Assembly (NCBI GenBank): GCA_041697335.1
Contig: JBGUGD010000016.1
Span: forward strand, 32,001 to 96,000
From: Vampirovibrionaceae bacterium NZW_1234
GTDB taxonomy: Bacteria > Cyanobacteriota > Vampirovibrionia > Vampirovibrionales > JAGQHJ01
Direction: 5' to 3'
Length of the DNA stretch: 64,000 bases
Each line of letters begins with the position of its first letter. The first letter of the stretch is position 1. The notes beneath the pieces were generated by a model. It did not search any database. It saw only the letters and a program-made list of their open reading frames with translations, and had not been told where the DNA came from. Positions 18,990-29,251 of this stretch are shown piece after piece. The translations under genes and the position numbers were made by a program.

Positions 18990-19385
18990 ATGAACCAGCC
19001 TCCCCAATTGAATATCCCCTCCCAGCCGGAATCCGGGCTCTACACCGAACAGCGCCCGTGGGGAAGCTTTACGGTTCTGATGGATGTGCCCGCCTACAAG
19101 GTCAAACAAATTGTGGTCCTGCCGGGCCAACGCCTGAGCCTGCAACTGCATCATCAACGGGAAGAGCATTGGCTGATTACCGTGGGCTCGCCGGATGTCA
19201 CCGTGGGTGAAGAGACCCAGCCTTACAAACCCGGGGACTATATCTTCATCCCCAAGGAAACCAAGCACCGGATTGCCAATCCAGGCACCACCCCCGTCGA
19301 ATTCATTGAAATCCAGCGGGGCGAGTACTTTGGCGAAGACGACATCGTCCGCTTTCAGGACGATTACAACCGGGCCACCCCCTAA
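18990..19385 (+). CDS. Cupin, mannose-6-phosphate isomerase type II C-terminal domain
   Basis: RPWGSF, LSLQLHHQREEHW, HRIAN, IEIQRGEYFGEDDIVRFQD. Confidence 0.92.
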   Translation: MNQPPQLNIPSQPESGLYTEQRPWGSFTVLMDVPAYKVKQIVVLPGQRLSLQLHHQREEHWLITVGSPDVTVGEETQPYKPGDYIFIPKETKHRIANPGTTPVEFIEIQRGEYFGEDDIVRFQDDYNRATP

Positions 19386-19393
19386 GCTTTGCA

Positions 19394-20581
19394 ATGACGG
19401 ACAGCAGAGAACGAATTGTCTTCTTTAAAGGCCACAGCCAGTACGATGCCGTGTGCCATCTCCTGGACGATTTAGCCCAAGCCTTCTATCAGTTGGGCTA
19501 TGCTCCGGAGATCATTCCCCTGGAAGAAGCCACCCTCCTAAACCAGTTGAAAACCGTCCTTCAAGCGGGGAATATCAAGCTCTTCATTGGCCTGAACGGC
19601 TGGGGCATGCCCTTGCAACTGGCCGGGCGCAGCCTGTACGACCAGCTCAACATTCCGTTTCTGGCCTACTTTGTGGATCATCCAGTCCATAACATCCCCC
19701 GCTTCGATATCGCCATCGACAAGCTGGCCTACGCCTTTGTGGATGAAACCCACCTGGACTTCTTCCGGCAATACATTTCTCCCCCAAACCCGGCTGGCTT
19801 TATCCCCCACGGTGGCTGGGCCCACCATGCCTCTCTCACCCCCTTTCAAGACCGTCCCCATGACCTGGTGTTTGTGGGGACCCTGGGCGACCCGGAGGCG
19901 ATGGCCCCAGAGCTGACGTTTTCCGATCCCCTACTCACCCGGGTGGTGTGGGGAACCCTTGAGGCGTGTCTCCCCCAGAACACCCCGGATTTTACCCACC
20001 AGTTCCTGACCGCCTGCCTACAGGAGAATTTCGACCTCAGTCGCCTGAGTACACCCCAAACCTTCGATATTCTGGGCAAAATTGAGCGCTACGTCAGGGT
20101 CAAGCGCCGCTTAAACCTCTTGGCTTCTATCCAGTCATTCCCCCTGACGCTCTATACGAACGACCCCAATGCCGCACGACTGAAAAACCCACGTTTAACG
20201 GTTCATCCGGCCATCCCCTACCGAGAATTGGTCAACCTCTTTGACCAGAGCAAACTGGTCCTGCATACCTCCCCCTTTATCAGTGCCGGGGGCCATGATC
20301 GCCTGTTCTATGCCATGCTCCAGGGCGCCGCCTGCCTCAGCGATACCAACCCCTGGCTCCAAGCACAGTATCACCATGGCCAGCACCTTTACTATTACGA
20401 TCTGGGCGCCCCCAACCTGGATGACCTGCTTTACACCATTGCCCAAGATCCCGACACCTGGGCATCCGTTGCCGAGGCAGGCTGTATCCGGACACAACAG
20501 GCCCACACGTGGCTTCATCGGGCCCAAGCCATCTTAACGTTAATGGAAACCGCAACAGGGCTGTCAAACGTTCACGCCTGA
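19394..20581 (+). CDS. CgeB-like glycosyltransferase
   Basis: VDHP, LVFVGT, SKLVL...HDRLFYAMLQGA, HTWLHRA. Confidence 0.75.
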   Translation: MTDSRERIVFFKGHSQYDAVCHLLDDLAQAFYQLGYAPEIIPLEEATLLNQLKTVLQAGNIKLFIGLNGWGMPLQLAGRSLYDQLNIPFLAYFVDHPVHNIPRFDIAIDKLAYAFVDETHLDFFRQYISPPNPAGFIPHGGWAHHASLTPFQDRPHDLVFVGTLGDPEAMAPELTFSDPLLTRVVWGTLEACLPQNTPDFTHQFLTACLQENFDLSRLSTPQTFDILGKIERYVRVKRRLNLLASIQSFPLTLYTNDPNAARLKNPRLTVHPAIPYRELVNLFDQSKLVLHTSPFISAGGHDRLFYAMLQGAACLSDTNPWLQAQYHHGQHLYYYDLGAPNLDDLLYTIAQDPDTWASVAEAGCIRTQQAHTWLHRAQAILTLMETATGLSNVHA

Positions 20582-20633
20582 CGTTAAGCCCCGCACAGGG
20601 CCGTGATATCCTCTGGTTTGGGGGACGTGTGCC

Positions 20634-22205
20634 CTAAGGGGCCTTCTCGGGAACCGTAATGCCCGGGATCTCGGGCAACGGCTTTGGCCCAGGCTGGACC
20701 GGCTTGGGAACGATGGGCTTTGGCAACACAGCTTTGGGTTTGGCTTCTTGAGAGGGTTGCTCTGGGATAGAGGACACGGGAGCAACCGGCATAGGTCCGG
20801 CCGAAGGTGCTCCAGACGATTTGGGTTCTGACGTTGCGGGCGATGAAACCGGGGTCTTCTCACCAGACACGGGCTTCACTTCGGAAGAGGGTGAAGCAGC
20901 AGGCTTTAGGGTTGCTGTTGCAGGCTTCACGGATTGATCTTTGGGGACAGAAGACGTGTTGGCCGTGGATGGCTTTTTGTCATCCGTCTTTGGCTTATCG
21001 GCAGGCTTCTTCGCCGCCTCTTTCGAGGTGGTTGCTTTGTCGGATGCCTTGCCCGAGTCCTTCTCGGCTTTCTTTGTATCGGCAGGAGGTTTCTTTGCCG
21101 CCTCCTCCTTGGAGGAAACCGCTTTGTCAGCCTTGCCTTCATCTTCGGCCGCCGCCTTATCTTCAGCTGCCGGCGCCGCATCAGCAACGGCAGCGCCTTC
21201 AGGAGGCGGCATTAGGCCCTTGAGCCAAGCAATAATCTCTTTGGCCAAGTCCGGATTGTTGTGGAGCATATCCACCCCATGGCCAATGCCTTTGAAGATC
21301 TGAATCTTCTTCTTGCCGAAGGTAAACTTGTAGAGGCGCTGCGCCGATTGGGCAGCATAATTATCTTCTTGGCTGGCAGCGTAAAACACGGCGTTTTCAT
21401 AGTGAGTCATCGGCTCAAAGGTTTGAATCCCGTAGTATTCCAGACCCGGCGACAGAAGAACGAGGGCTTCGACCTGGTTCTGGTGCTGACTTGCGTAATT
21501 CACAGCCAGATTGGCCCCCACGTCGCCGCCAATCATGGCCACTTTATCGACGTTGACATTATTGAATTCGGGCTGTTGCGCAATATGCGCGAGCAAATGC
21601 TTGGGATCGTCGATGGCCTTTTGCCAGCCGACCTTGTCAAAGTCCCGCCAGACCCGGAGTAATTTGCCCCGATAAACGCTGTCCCCATGGCCGCGTAAAT
21701 CGATGGCCAACACCGCATACCCTGCCGCAACCAGATGGCGAGGATACTCCTTCCACTCCCATCGATCACCACTCAGGGTGTGCAGCAAAATAACCAAGGG
21801 GTATTGCACCTTGGCCCGGGGAACCCGTTTGGGGGTTTTCTTCTTGGCTGGGGCTTCTTCACCCTCAGCGGCCCCTTCTTCAGCCGTCGCCTCTTCTTCG
21901 CCAGCAGCTTCTGCCCCCTCTGCTGCCGCTTGCTTTGGCTTATAGGGGCTCATATGGGGCACATACAAATGCCCTTCAACTTTCAACCCGTCCGGCATGA
22001 CAACCGAAATCGGCCGATACGAATCAATGCTGGGCTTGGGAGACGGCGGAAGGACATTCTCGACTGCGACTTCCTCTTCGCCCCCTTCCTCGGCTTCAGC
22101 CCCTTCCTCGGCATTGTCCTGGGGCTTTTGGAAGAATTGGCAGCCGGATAAACTCACGGTCATCGTCAAGAGCAAGGTCAGGAGAGCAAGGCGCTTGAGA
22201 TTCAT
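20634..22205 (-). CDS. Alpha/beta-hydrolase-fold lipoprotein with low-complexity tails
   Basis: Lipobox LSGC; ILLH, AIDLRGHGDS, elbow IGGDVGAN, LLSPG, GHG; Lys/Pro/Ala-rich C-terminus. Confidence 0.85.
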   Translation of the reverse strand: MNLKRLALLTLLLTMTVSLSGCQFFQKPQDNAEEGAEAEEGGEEEVAVENVLPPSPKPSIDSYRPISVVMPDGLKVEGHLYVPHMSPYKPKQAAAEGAEAAGEEEATAEEGAAEGEEAPAKKKTPKRVPRAKVQYPLVILLHTLSGDRWEWKEYPRHLVAAGYAVLAIDLRGHGDSVYRGKLLRVWRDFDKVGWQKAIDDPKHLLAHIAQQPEFNNVNVDKVAMIGGDVGANLAVNYASQHQNQVEALVLLSPGLEYYGIQTFEPMTHYENAVFYAASQEDNYAAQSAQRLYKFTFGKKKIQIFKGIGHGVDMLHNNPDLAKEIIAWLKGLMPPPEGAAVADAAPAAEDKAAAEDEGKADKAVSSKEEAAKKPPADTKKAEKDSGKASDKATTSKEAAKKPADKPKTDDKKPSTANTSSVPKDQSVKPATATLKPAASPSSEVKPVSGEKTPVSSPATSEPKSSGAPSAGPMPVAPVSSIPEQPSQEAKPKAVLPKPIVPKPVQPGPKPLPEIPGITVPEKAP

Positions 22206-23518
22206 ACTTGGGCCTCCTGGGTCACTGTCTCAGGCAAGATGAGGGCAAAGGTACTGCCTGCTTCGGAAGTACTTAACAGGGCCACGGTACCGCCATGGGC
22301 CTGAAGAATCTTGCGGCTGTGAGCCAATCCCAACCCGGTGCCATTGCCTTTGGTCGAAAAATAGGGGGTAAACAGCTTTTCCTGGGAGCGGGCGTCCACC
22401 CCACGGCCTTGGTCCTGCACCTTGATAAAGATACGCTTGTCATTGGAGCGAGTGGCCAGAATCACGGACACTTCGGTGGCTTCCTTGGAAGCTTCTAAAG
22501 CATTTTTCACCAGATTAATCAAAGCCTGCTTCAGCCGACGATAGTCGACATGGGCTTGGATGGGCTCTTTGGGCAAGGTCCACGTCAGTGCGACCCCTTT
22601 TTCCTGGTACTTGGGTTCGTACATTTCAGCCACATCGGTCACCAGGTCTCGCAAATCCACCATGGCCAATTCCAGCTCCAGAGGTCGGGCATAGCTGGTG
22701 AGTTCCGACAAGATGCTTTCCAGACTACTGCTGGCGCTTCGAATCAATTGCAGGTTCTTTTCCAAGAGCTGCTTCTGCTCCCCTTCGGACTCCGGGAACT
22801 CGATCCGCTCCACCTGATTCTCGATAAGCTTGGCATAGAGATCAATCAGCCCCAAGGGGTTTCGGATCTCATGGGCAATGACCGAACACAGCTGACCAAT
22901 GGCAGCCAGACGCTCCTGGTCCAGGACCTTGGCATTGAGCTGCTTGACCTGGTTCAGAGCCAGGGTCAGCTCCCGGTTCCGGGTTTCCAGGTTATTGATG
23001 AGCTGGGTAATAAAGCCCGTGACTTTTTCATCATAGCGCCGGTCCAGGGGGGTCTCTTCGATGAGCTGGGCCAGAGTCTCGTGGTTATCCATCAGACCGG
23101 CAACCTGCAGGGCAATGGTCTTGCTGTCGCCCGGGTGGAAGGTCCATCCGCCGTCATACATGCCATACACCTCGTAGGTGGCGGTAGACCAGTACATGGC
23201 GGCACAGAACTGATTGGTCAGAACCAAGAGGAACCCGGCCGAATCGGGGTTCATGGACTCACAGCGCTGGATCTCGTGATCCTCGACTGCAAAGGCCGTA
23301 ATATTGGGCAATTGGGACAGGGACATGCTCAGGGTCATAAAGTCCGGATCACCCAAGACCCGGTGAAACACCAGCCCTTTGAGGTGGTATTGGCGAATAA
23401 TGCGCACAATACTGCTGTACAGGTTCAGGAACGTCTCCCGGGAAAAAAGACCCTGAGACGCGCTTAGATGGCCAAAGAGGCCATCTAAGTTTACTGGTTG
23501 CTCGGTTTGTGGACCCAC
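22202..23518 (-). CDS. Sensor histidine kinase (HisKA + HATPase), soluble
   Basis: IAHEIRNPL, NLVKNA, DQGRG, LFTPYFSTK, GTGLGL. Confidence 0.94.
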   Translation of the reverse strand: MGPQTEQPVNLDGLFGHLSASQGLFSRETFLNLYSSIVRIIRQYHLKGLVFHRVLGDPDFMTLSMSLSQLPNITAFAVEDHEIQRCESMNPDSAGFLLVLTNQFCAAMYWSTATYEVYGMYDGGWTFHPGDSKTIALQVAGLMDNHETLAQLIEETPLDRRYDEKVTGFITQLINNLETRNRELTLALNQVKQLNAKVLDQERLAAIGQLCSVIAHEIRNPLGLIDLYAKLIENQVERIEFPESEGEQKQLLEKNLQLIRSASSSLESILSELTSYARPLELELAMVDLRDLVTDVAEMYEPKYQEKGVALTWTLPKEPIQAHVDYRRLKQALINLVKNALEASKEATEVSVILATRSNDKRIFIKVQDQGRGVDARSQEKLFTPYFSTKGNGTGLGLAHSRKILQAHGGTVALLSTSEAGSTFALILPETVTQEAQV

Positions 23519-23574
23519 AGGTCAATCCACCTCGTACTTCAACCGCCTTCTACTCCACCAGGCGTCTGGTATTA

Positions 23575-24291
23575 TTATACGGCAGGTTTTAGTTTTTCAG
23601 TTGCGTTGCTGGGGGTCACCAGACCATGCTTCAATGCGTAGAGCACCGCTTGAGTCCGGTCGTTGACTTGCAATTTCTGGAAGATGTTGTTGACGTGGGT
23701 TTTCACGGTCGTTTCGCTAATGACCAAGCGATCGGCCACACCTTTGTAGGTAATGCCTTCGGTCAACAGTGCCAGCACTTCTTTCTCCCGGTTGGTCAGG
23801 TAGTTCAACAAGGCCTGGCGTACCGGATCAGGGCGCTGGGTTTGGGTTTGTTTGGTTTGGAATTCATCAAAAAACTTGGTGGCCAAGGACACGGGCAGGA
23901 AGACTTTGCCTTGGGCGATGTCCAAAATGGCCTGACGCAGTTGCGAGGTCACCATGGTTTTCAGGATGTAGCCTTTGGCCCCGGATTGCATGGCCCGGAA
24001 CACCAGGTCCGGATCGTCGTAGCCGGTCAAGGTCAAAATCTTGATGTTGGGTTTTTGTTCCAGGATGGCCTCAATGGTGGTGATCCCATCCATTTCAGGC
24101 ATGTTCAGGTCCATTAAAATAATGTCGGCTTCGACTTTACCGATCTTCTGGATGGCTTCCTGACCGCTGGTGGCAATACCCACAACTTTCATCCCGTTTT
24201 CCATTTCGATCAATTGGCGAATGCCTGCGCTGTGGTTGGTATTGTCATCCACAATAAAGATACGGAAGAAACGCTTGTCCAATTCTCTCAT
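23575..24291 (-). CDS. NarL/FixJ (LuxR-HTH) family response regulator
   Basis: IVDD, LMDLNMPEMDG, GYILK; LTNREKEVL, TVKTHVNNIFQKL. Confidence 0.95.
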   Translation of the reverse strand: MRELDKRFFRIFIVDDNTNHSAGIRQLIEMENGMKVVGIATSGQEAIQKIGKVEADIILMDLNMPEMDGITTIEAILEQKPNIKILTLTGYDDPDLVFRAMQSGAKGYILKTMVTSQLRQAILDIAQGKVFLPVSLATKFFDEFQTKQTQTQRPDPVRQALLNYLTNREKEVLALLTEGITYKGVADRLVISETTVKTHVNNIFQKLQVNDRTQAVLYALKHGLVTPSNATEKLKPAV

Positions 24292-24648
24292 TTGTTACAG
24301 TGCCTCCTAAGCTCCACTCACACCGGATCATGGATTTGTACACTACACTCTCTGGGTACAGGGCGCTTTGGATTGGATTAGCAGAATCACTCCTCTATCC
24401 AAAGCACACTGTATAGAGTAGTGTAGTGGAGAACGTCAGGCGCGCTCATCCGCTAAAGGTTGGAAATGACGACAGCCAAGGGGTCAATCATGGCATCCAC
24501 CCTTTGGTCTACAAATGGCCTAAAACCCTTTCCCTGAGGGCACTTTTTCCCAACCTTCTTCTCACCCGGGACCAAAGCCGCTACAATTTTTACTGTAGTG
24601 TCAGGCTCCTCCACGGGGTCTACAGAGCTTATGGGAGCCAGCGCACCG

Positions 24649-25011
24649 ATGATGGGTAAACGTTTCCTCTGTCAAAACGAGACCCGTGCCGTGGTCATCG
24701 GGGATCGGATTCGAAAGGCCGACCATTATTTCTCTCGGCTTTTCGGGCTCTTGCCCAAATCCAGCCTTGAGCCGGGCGAAGGACTATGGATCTACCCCTG
24801 CAATGACATCCACTCCATTGGCATGCGCTTTCGCTTTGATGCCCTCTTTCTGGACAAGGAACTCCGGGTGGTTCACCTGGTTGAAGATATGGGGCCTTGG
24901 AAGGTAACCCCCATCATCCGCCAGGCCAAAAGTGTCCTGGAGCTGGGCAGCGGTGTCATTGCCCAAACCGGCACCCAGCTTGGGGATCAGCTCTCATTTA
25001 AACAGCAGTAG
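24649..25011 (+). CDS. DUF192 family protein
   Basis: R.FGLL...L.PGEGLWI.PCN.IH..GMRF..D.LFLD...VLEL; start codon uncertain (24631 or 24649). Confidence 0.85.
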   Translation: MMGKRFLCQNETRAVVIGDRIRKADHYFSRLFGLLPKSSLEPGEGLWIYPCNDIHSIGMRFRFDALFLDKELRVVHLVEDMGPWKVTPIIRQAKSVLELGSGVIAQTGTQLGDQLSFKQQ

Positions 25012-25156
25012 CGTTACATTTTGTTACACACTAGCACCCTTCATGATTGAGGGGCATTAGGACAACTACCCCATATGATTGGAGCCTGGCCTTGGGTCAT
25101 CGGCCGTCGTTTGGTGTGTCTAAATACTGCCTGCAATCGTATATAGGAATCGAGTT

Positions 25157-27262
25157 ATGGATCGCATTTCATCCGTGCGTGCGGCTCACGTGCGCCCACT
25201 GGCTACGGCCACACCCCCTCATGAACTGAAGGCCCCCCGGTTCGGCTCCACCTCTTGGCCCGATGGCGCCGAGCCACCGGAAGATCAATTTGATCAGGGC
25301 GATACCCGCAGTTTGGAGGATCGCCGAGCGGCCCGAAGAGCGGCCTTAGCGGAACAGACCCTGAAATTTGTTCGAAGAAACACGACAAAACTAACCGAAG
25401 ACCATCCCACATTAAAACCCTATGCCGACTTTGCCCAGCTTCGGCCCAAAGAAGTGACCAAGCTGGCCCAAATCACGCAACGCACCTGGCTTCGCCATGC
25501 CTATATCAATTCCTATAACCCTGAGCTGGTCCAAGGCATGTTGCTCTCACTTCGCAAAGAACTGCCCGCCGAGGTCCCCATCATTCAAGTCAACGGGGAA
25601 GCCGCACTGAAACTTCTCAGCAACCCCGGCAAACTCAAGGACCTGTTGTCGTCCAGGAAACGGTATTATCCCTCGGATGATGATGAGGGCACGACCTCGG
25701 GCAAGGCGAAAAAATCCTCAAACGTGATTCCCCAGGTCTTAGCCGCCTTTCAACAGCAGTATGGCATTGACCCTCAAAAACCCTGTGTCCTGGTCATTAA
25801 TGATGTGGCCTTGAACGATATGAAGGGCCTCAGCAAAAAACTCAAAGCCCTGGATGAACAGTTTCCCAATCTTCACCTCATCATCAATGGCAAGCCCGCC
25901 GCCATGAAAGAAGACCTGGGCATTCCCATGCCCCCGTTTATTAAGCAGATGATGGGCGCCATGCAAAATGCCATCGGGGCCCGGATGAACAACATTGATA
26001 TTATTCATGTGCCACATCTGTCGCCGGATGAATGGCAACGGGTGCTCAGCTCCAAGAACAACCCGGCCGGTGAGGTCTTTCATCGTATTTTGGACAAGAA
26101 CCAAATTCAGCTGGATGATGACGCCCTGCATGCCTTTTTGCAGGCGGTGAGTGTCCAATACGATGAAAAGCCCAAGCAGGAAGACATTCTCGCCGAACTG
26201 GATCAGTTCACGGCCTTCGTGAACCGCACCAACAAAAGAGGCCCTAAGACCGCCACCAGCAACGATGTCCAACGCTACATCCGGGAGGAACTGGGCGAGC
26301 GAAACCGTAGTGAAGACATCAACCCCTTTGAAGAGCTGGGTGCCGCTATGCAGGTGCCCAACCCCTTTAAGGTCCTGAAGCATTGCACCACGACCTTTAG
26401 CGATGTCGTCGGACATGAGAAAGCCAAAGAAGCCATTATTGATGTCTTAGACCCCCTTAACCGGGCGCTCTACAACGCCTCCAGCGGTAATGCCCAATCC
26501 AACGTCACCACGGTACTCCTAACCGGGCCTCCAGGGACGGGAAAAACCGAGTTGGCCAAAGCCGCTGCCGGTGAAAACCAAGGGACGTTCATCACAGCCA
26601 ACGCCTCGGAACTGATTAACCCGTTTCAGGCTTCGGGCTCTACCAACGTCAAACGGCTCACCAAGCTGGTACAATCGGCCAGCAGCGATGTGGTCGTGGT
26701 CTTCATCGATGAAATCGATGCTGTGGGCAATCGGGACACCATGGGCTCCGGGGAAGAACACCGGACCTTAAACAGCCTGCTCACCAGCATCCAGGGAGCC
26801 GGCACCAAGTTCAACAAGACGGTTTTGTTCATGTTTGCCACCAACAAGCCTGATAGCCTGGATTCCGCCTTCCTCAGCCGGATGCAGCGGCAAATTGAAA
26901 TCCTGCCGCCCAACCACGAAGAACGCAAAGGCATGTGGCAGCTTCACTTGGCCAAAAACCGGATTAGCCCGGATGACTCCGTCAACTTCGATACCCTGGC
27001 CAAGTTGAGCAAGGATCGGGTGGGTCGGGACATTAGCACCATGGTCGGCATCTTGAAAAAGCAACTGATCCGCAAATTACCCCGGGCCGAAAAACAACGG
27101 ATCGTCTCCGACCCGGTTCTGCTGAAAAATGTGAGCTTTACTGCCACTCAAGCCGACATTACAGCCTGCATACGACTGTTTAATGACGAACACAGCCACG
27201 GCAGTGCCAAACGCGGTCACATGGGGTTTGTTCCACCATCTCAGACGGATACGCCCGACTAG
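25157..27262 (+). CDS. AAA+ ATPase (classic AAA clade) with a long N-terminal region
   Basis: Walker A GPPGTGKT, Walker B VFIDEID, SRH ATNKPDSLDSAFLSR. Confidence 0.88.
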   Translation: MDRISSVRAAHVRPLATATPPHELKAPRFGSTSWPDGAEPPEDQFDQGDTRSLEDRRAARRAALAEQTLKFVRRNTTKLTEDHPTLKPYADFAQLRPKEVTKLAQITQRTWLRHAYINSYNPELVQGMLLSLRKELPAEVPIIQVNGEAALKLLSNPGKLKDLLSSRKRYYPSDDDEGTTSGKAKKSSNVIPQVLAAFQQQYGIDPQKPCVLVINDVALNDMKGLSKKLKALDEQFPNLHLIINGKPAAMKEDLGIPMPPFIKQMMGAMQNAIGARMNNIDIIHVPHLSPDEWQRVLSSKNNPAGEVFHRILDKNQIQLDDDALHAFLQAVSVQYDEKPKQEDILAELDQFTAFVNRTNKRGPKTATSNDVQRYIREELGERNRSEDINPFEELGAAMQVPNPFKVLKHCTTTFSDVVGHEKAKEAIIDVLDPLNRALYNASSGNAQSNVTTVLLTGPPGTGKTELAKAAAGENQGTFITANASELINPFQASGSTNVKRLTKLVQSASSDVVVVFIDEIDAVGNRDTMGSGEEHRTLNSLLTSIQGAGTKFNKTVLFMFATNKPDSLDSAFLSRMQRQIEILPPNHEERKGMWQLHLAKNRISPDDSVNFDTLAKLSKDRVGRDISTMVGILKKQLIRKLPRAEKQRIVSDPVLLKNVSFTATQADITACIRLFNDEHSHGSAKRGHMGFVPPSQTDTPD

Positions 27263-27478
27263 CATGGGACTCTCTTATCTGCAGTCCTGGGGGGTGCTAT
27301 GCCTCTCCCCCGGACAGCCCGGTTAGGGTATCTGACCTCCCCCAATTGAAGGAGAAGCCCACATTTGTCGATAGATCGGTTAGGACCACCACGGATTGAT
27401 CCAACCCCGTGTTTGACAGATCATACGAGTGATCAATGTGACAACACTCTAGGATGGGTCACACTAAGGAGGTATATA

Positions 27479-29062
27479 GTGGATTTAGTCACGTATTGTG
27501 GGCTCAAAAGCTCTAAAACCCAACATTATCAGTTATCGGTCCCCGAGCTGGTGGAAATGGCACTGGCACGGGGAGAAGGTCAACTGTCTGACACAGGGGC
27601 ACTCATCATTCAAACAGGGAAATATACCGGTCGTTCACCGAATGACCGGTTTATTGTTGATGACGCCCTGACGCATACTACCGTGGACTGGGGTAAAGTC
27701 AACAAGCCTACCAGCCCGGAGGTGTTTGACAAGGTTTTTGCCAAGATGAAAGCCTATTTGGCAGACAAAGAGCTGTTTGTGTACGACGGCTTTGCCGGAG
27801 CCGACCCGATGTATGCTATGCCGGTCCGGTTCATCAACGAAAACGCCTCGCAAAGTCTCTTTGTGCACCAGTTGTTCATTCGCCCCACGGCTGCCCAACT
27901 GGCCGCATTCCATCCGGAATTTACCGTCATCTGTGCCCCCGGCCTGCAACTGGATCCGGCCACCGATGGCGTCAACTCGGAAGCCGCCATCCTTCTCAAT
28001 TTTGAGAAGAAAATGATCCTCATTGCCGCCACCCAATACTGTGGGGAGATGAAGAAGTCCATCTTCTCGTCGTTGAACTTCATGATGCCTGAGCGCAACG
28101 TATTCCCGATGCACTGCTCGGCCAATGTCGGTCTGGACGGCAAATCGGCCTTGTTTTTCGGTCTTTCTGGCACCGGAAAAACGACGCTTTCGGCTGATCC
28201 TGAGCGTATTTTGATTGGCGATGACGAGCATGGCTGGTCCGATCACGGCATCTTTAACTTCGAGGGCGGCTGTTATGCCAAGGCCATCCGCCTGTCTCAG
28301 GAAAACGAACCCGAGATTTGGGATGCCATTCGCTTTGGGGCCGTTGGGGAAAATATTGTCATTGACCCCAAAACCCGACAAGTCAACTATGACGATGATC
28401 GCTACACAGAAAACACTCGGGTGGGCTACCCCATTCACTACATTCCCAATGCCAGCCCCACCGGGTCAGCGGGCCATCCGTCCACCATCATCTTTTTAAC
28501 CGCGGATGCCTTCGGGGTCATGCCGCCCATTGCCAAACTCACTATGGAGCAGGCCCAATACCACTTTATCAGTGGCTACACCAGCAAGCTGGCTGGCACC
28601 GAGCGAGGCATTGTGGAACCTCAAGCCGCCTTTTCCACCTGTTTTGGGGCTCCGTTTATGCCACGCCCCTCGTCGGTCTATGCGCATCTTCTTAAAGAAC
28701 GCATTGATGCTCACAAAGTCAATGTTTACTTGATTAATACCGGCTGGCAAGGGGGTCCCTACGGCGTGGGCAAACGCATCAGCATTCCCCACACCCGGGC
28801 CATGGTTCATGCGGCCTTGAACGGGGATCTGGAAAAGGAATCCTTCTGGACCCATCCGATCTTCAACATCCTGGTGCCCAAGAACTGTCCCGGTGTGCCG
28901 TCCGCGATTCTTGATCCCCAAAGCACCTGGGCCGATCCCAAGGCCTATGAGGCCGCGGCCTTTAAACTGGCGCAGATGTTTATTGACAACTTCAAGCAAT
29001 TTTCAGACGTGTCGCACTTGGAGGCGGTCGGCCCCCAGGTGGTTGAGAGTGTCATGGCCTAA
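27479..29062 (+). CDS. pckA: Phosphoenolpyruvate carboxykinase (ATP)
   Basis: GTG after AAGGAGG; TGRSP.DRF, GEMKKS, MHCSAN, GLSGTGKTTLS, IGDDEHGW, NFEGGCYAK. Confidence 0.97.
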   Translation: MDLVTYCGLKSSKTQHYQLSVPELVEMALARGEGQLSDTGALIIQTGKYTGRSPNDRFIVDDALTHTTVDWGKVNKPTSPEVFDKVFAKMKAYLADKELFVYDGFAGADPMYAMPVRFINENASQSLFVHQLFIRPTAAQLAAFHPEFTVICAPGLQLDPATDGVNSEAAILLNFEKKMILIAATQYCGEMKKSIFSSLNFMMPERNVFPMHCSANVGLDGKSALFFGLSGTGKTTLSADPERILIGDDEHGWSDHGIFNFEGGCYAKAIRLSQENEPEIWDAIRFGAVGENIVIDPKTRQVNYDDDRYTENTRVGYPIHYIPNASPTGSAGHPSTIIFLTADAFGVMPPIAKLTMEQAQYHFISGYTSKLAGTERGIVEPQAAFSTCFGAPFMPRPSSVYAHLLKERIDAHKVNVYLINTGWQGGPYGVGKRISIPHTRAMVHAALNGDLEKESFWTHPIFNILVPKNCPGVPSAILDPQSTWADPKAYEAAAFKLAQMFIDNFKQFSDVSHLEAVGPQVVESVMA

Positions 29063-29251
29063 CAGGTGACGCTCTCGACCTCTCAGCACTATTCACGGCT
29101 GATTTAAGTCATTCAGGCTGTGCTTTCGTCCCACCGTGGCATACAGATCGATCACGGTGGGACTTGGCTTTGTCTCCGGTTTATAATGGGGGGCACCTCT
29201 GTCCGAGAGACCAGAGGCCAGACACACTGTTGAATCACGAGGTTGAATCAC

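Noticed and set aside
22550..23467. 305-aa plus-strand ORF and similar long antisense ORFs over pckA, xth and fabF
   Set aside because: They lie fully opposite well-supported genes and have no motifs; shadow ORFs.
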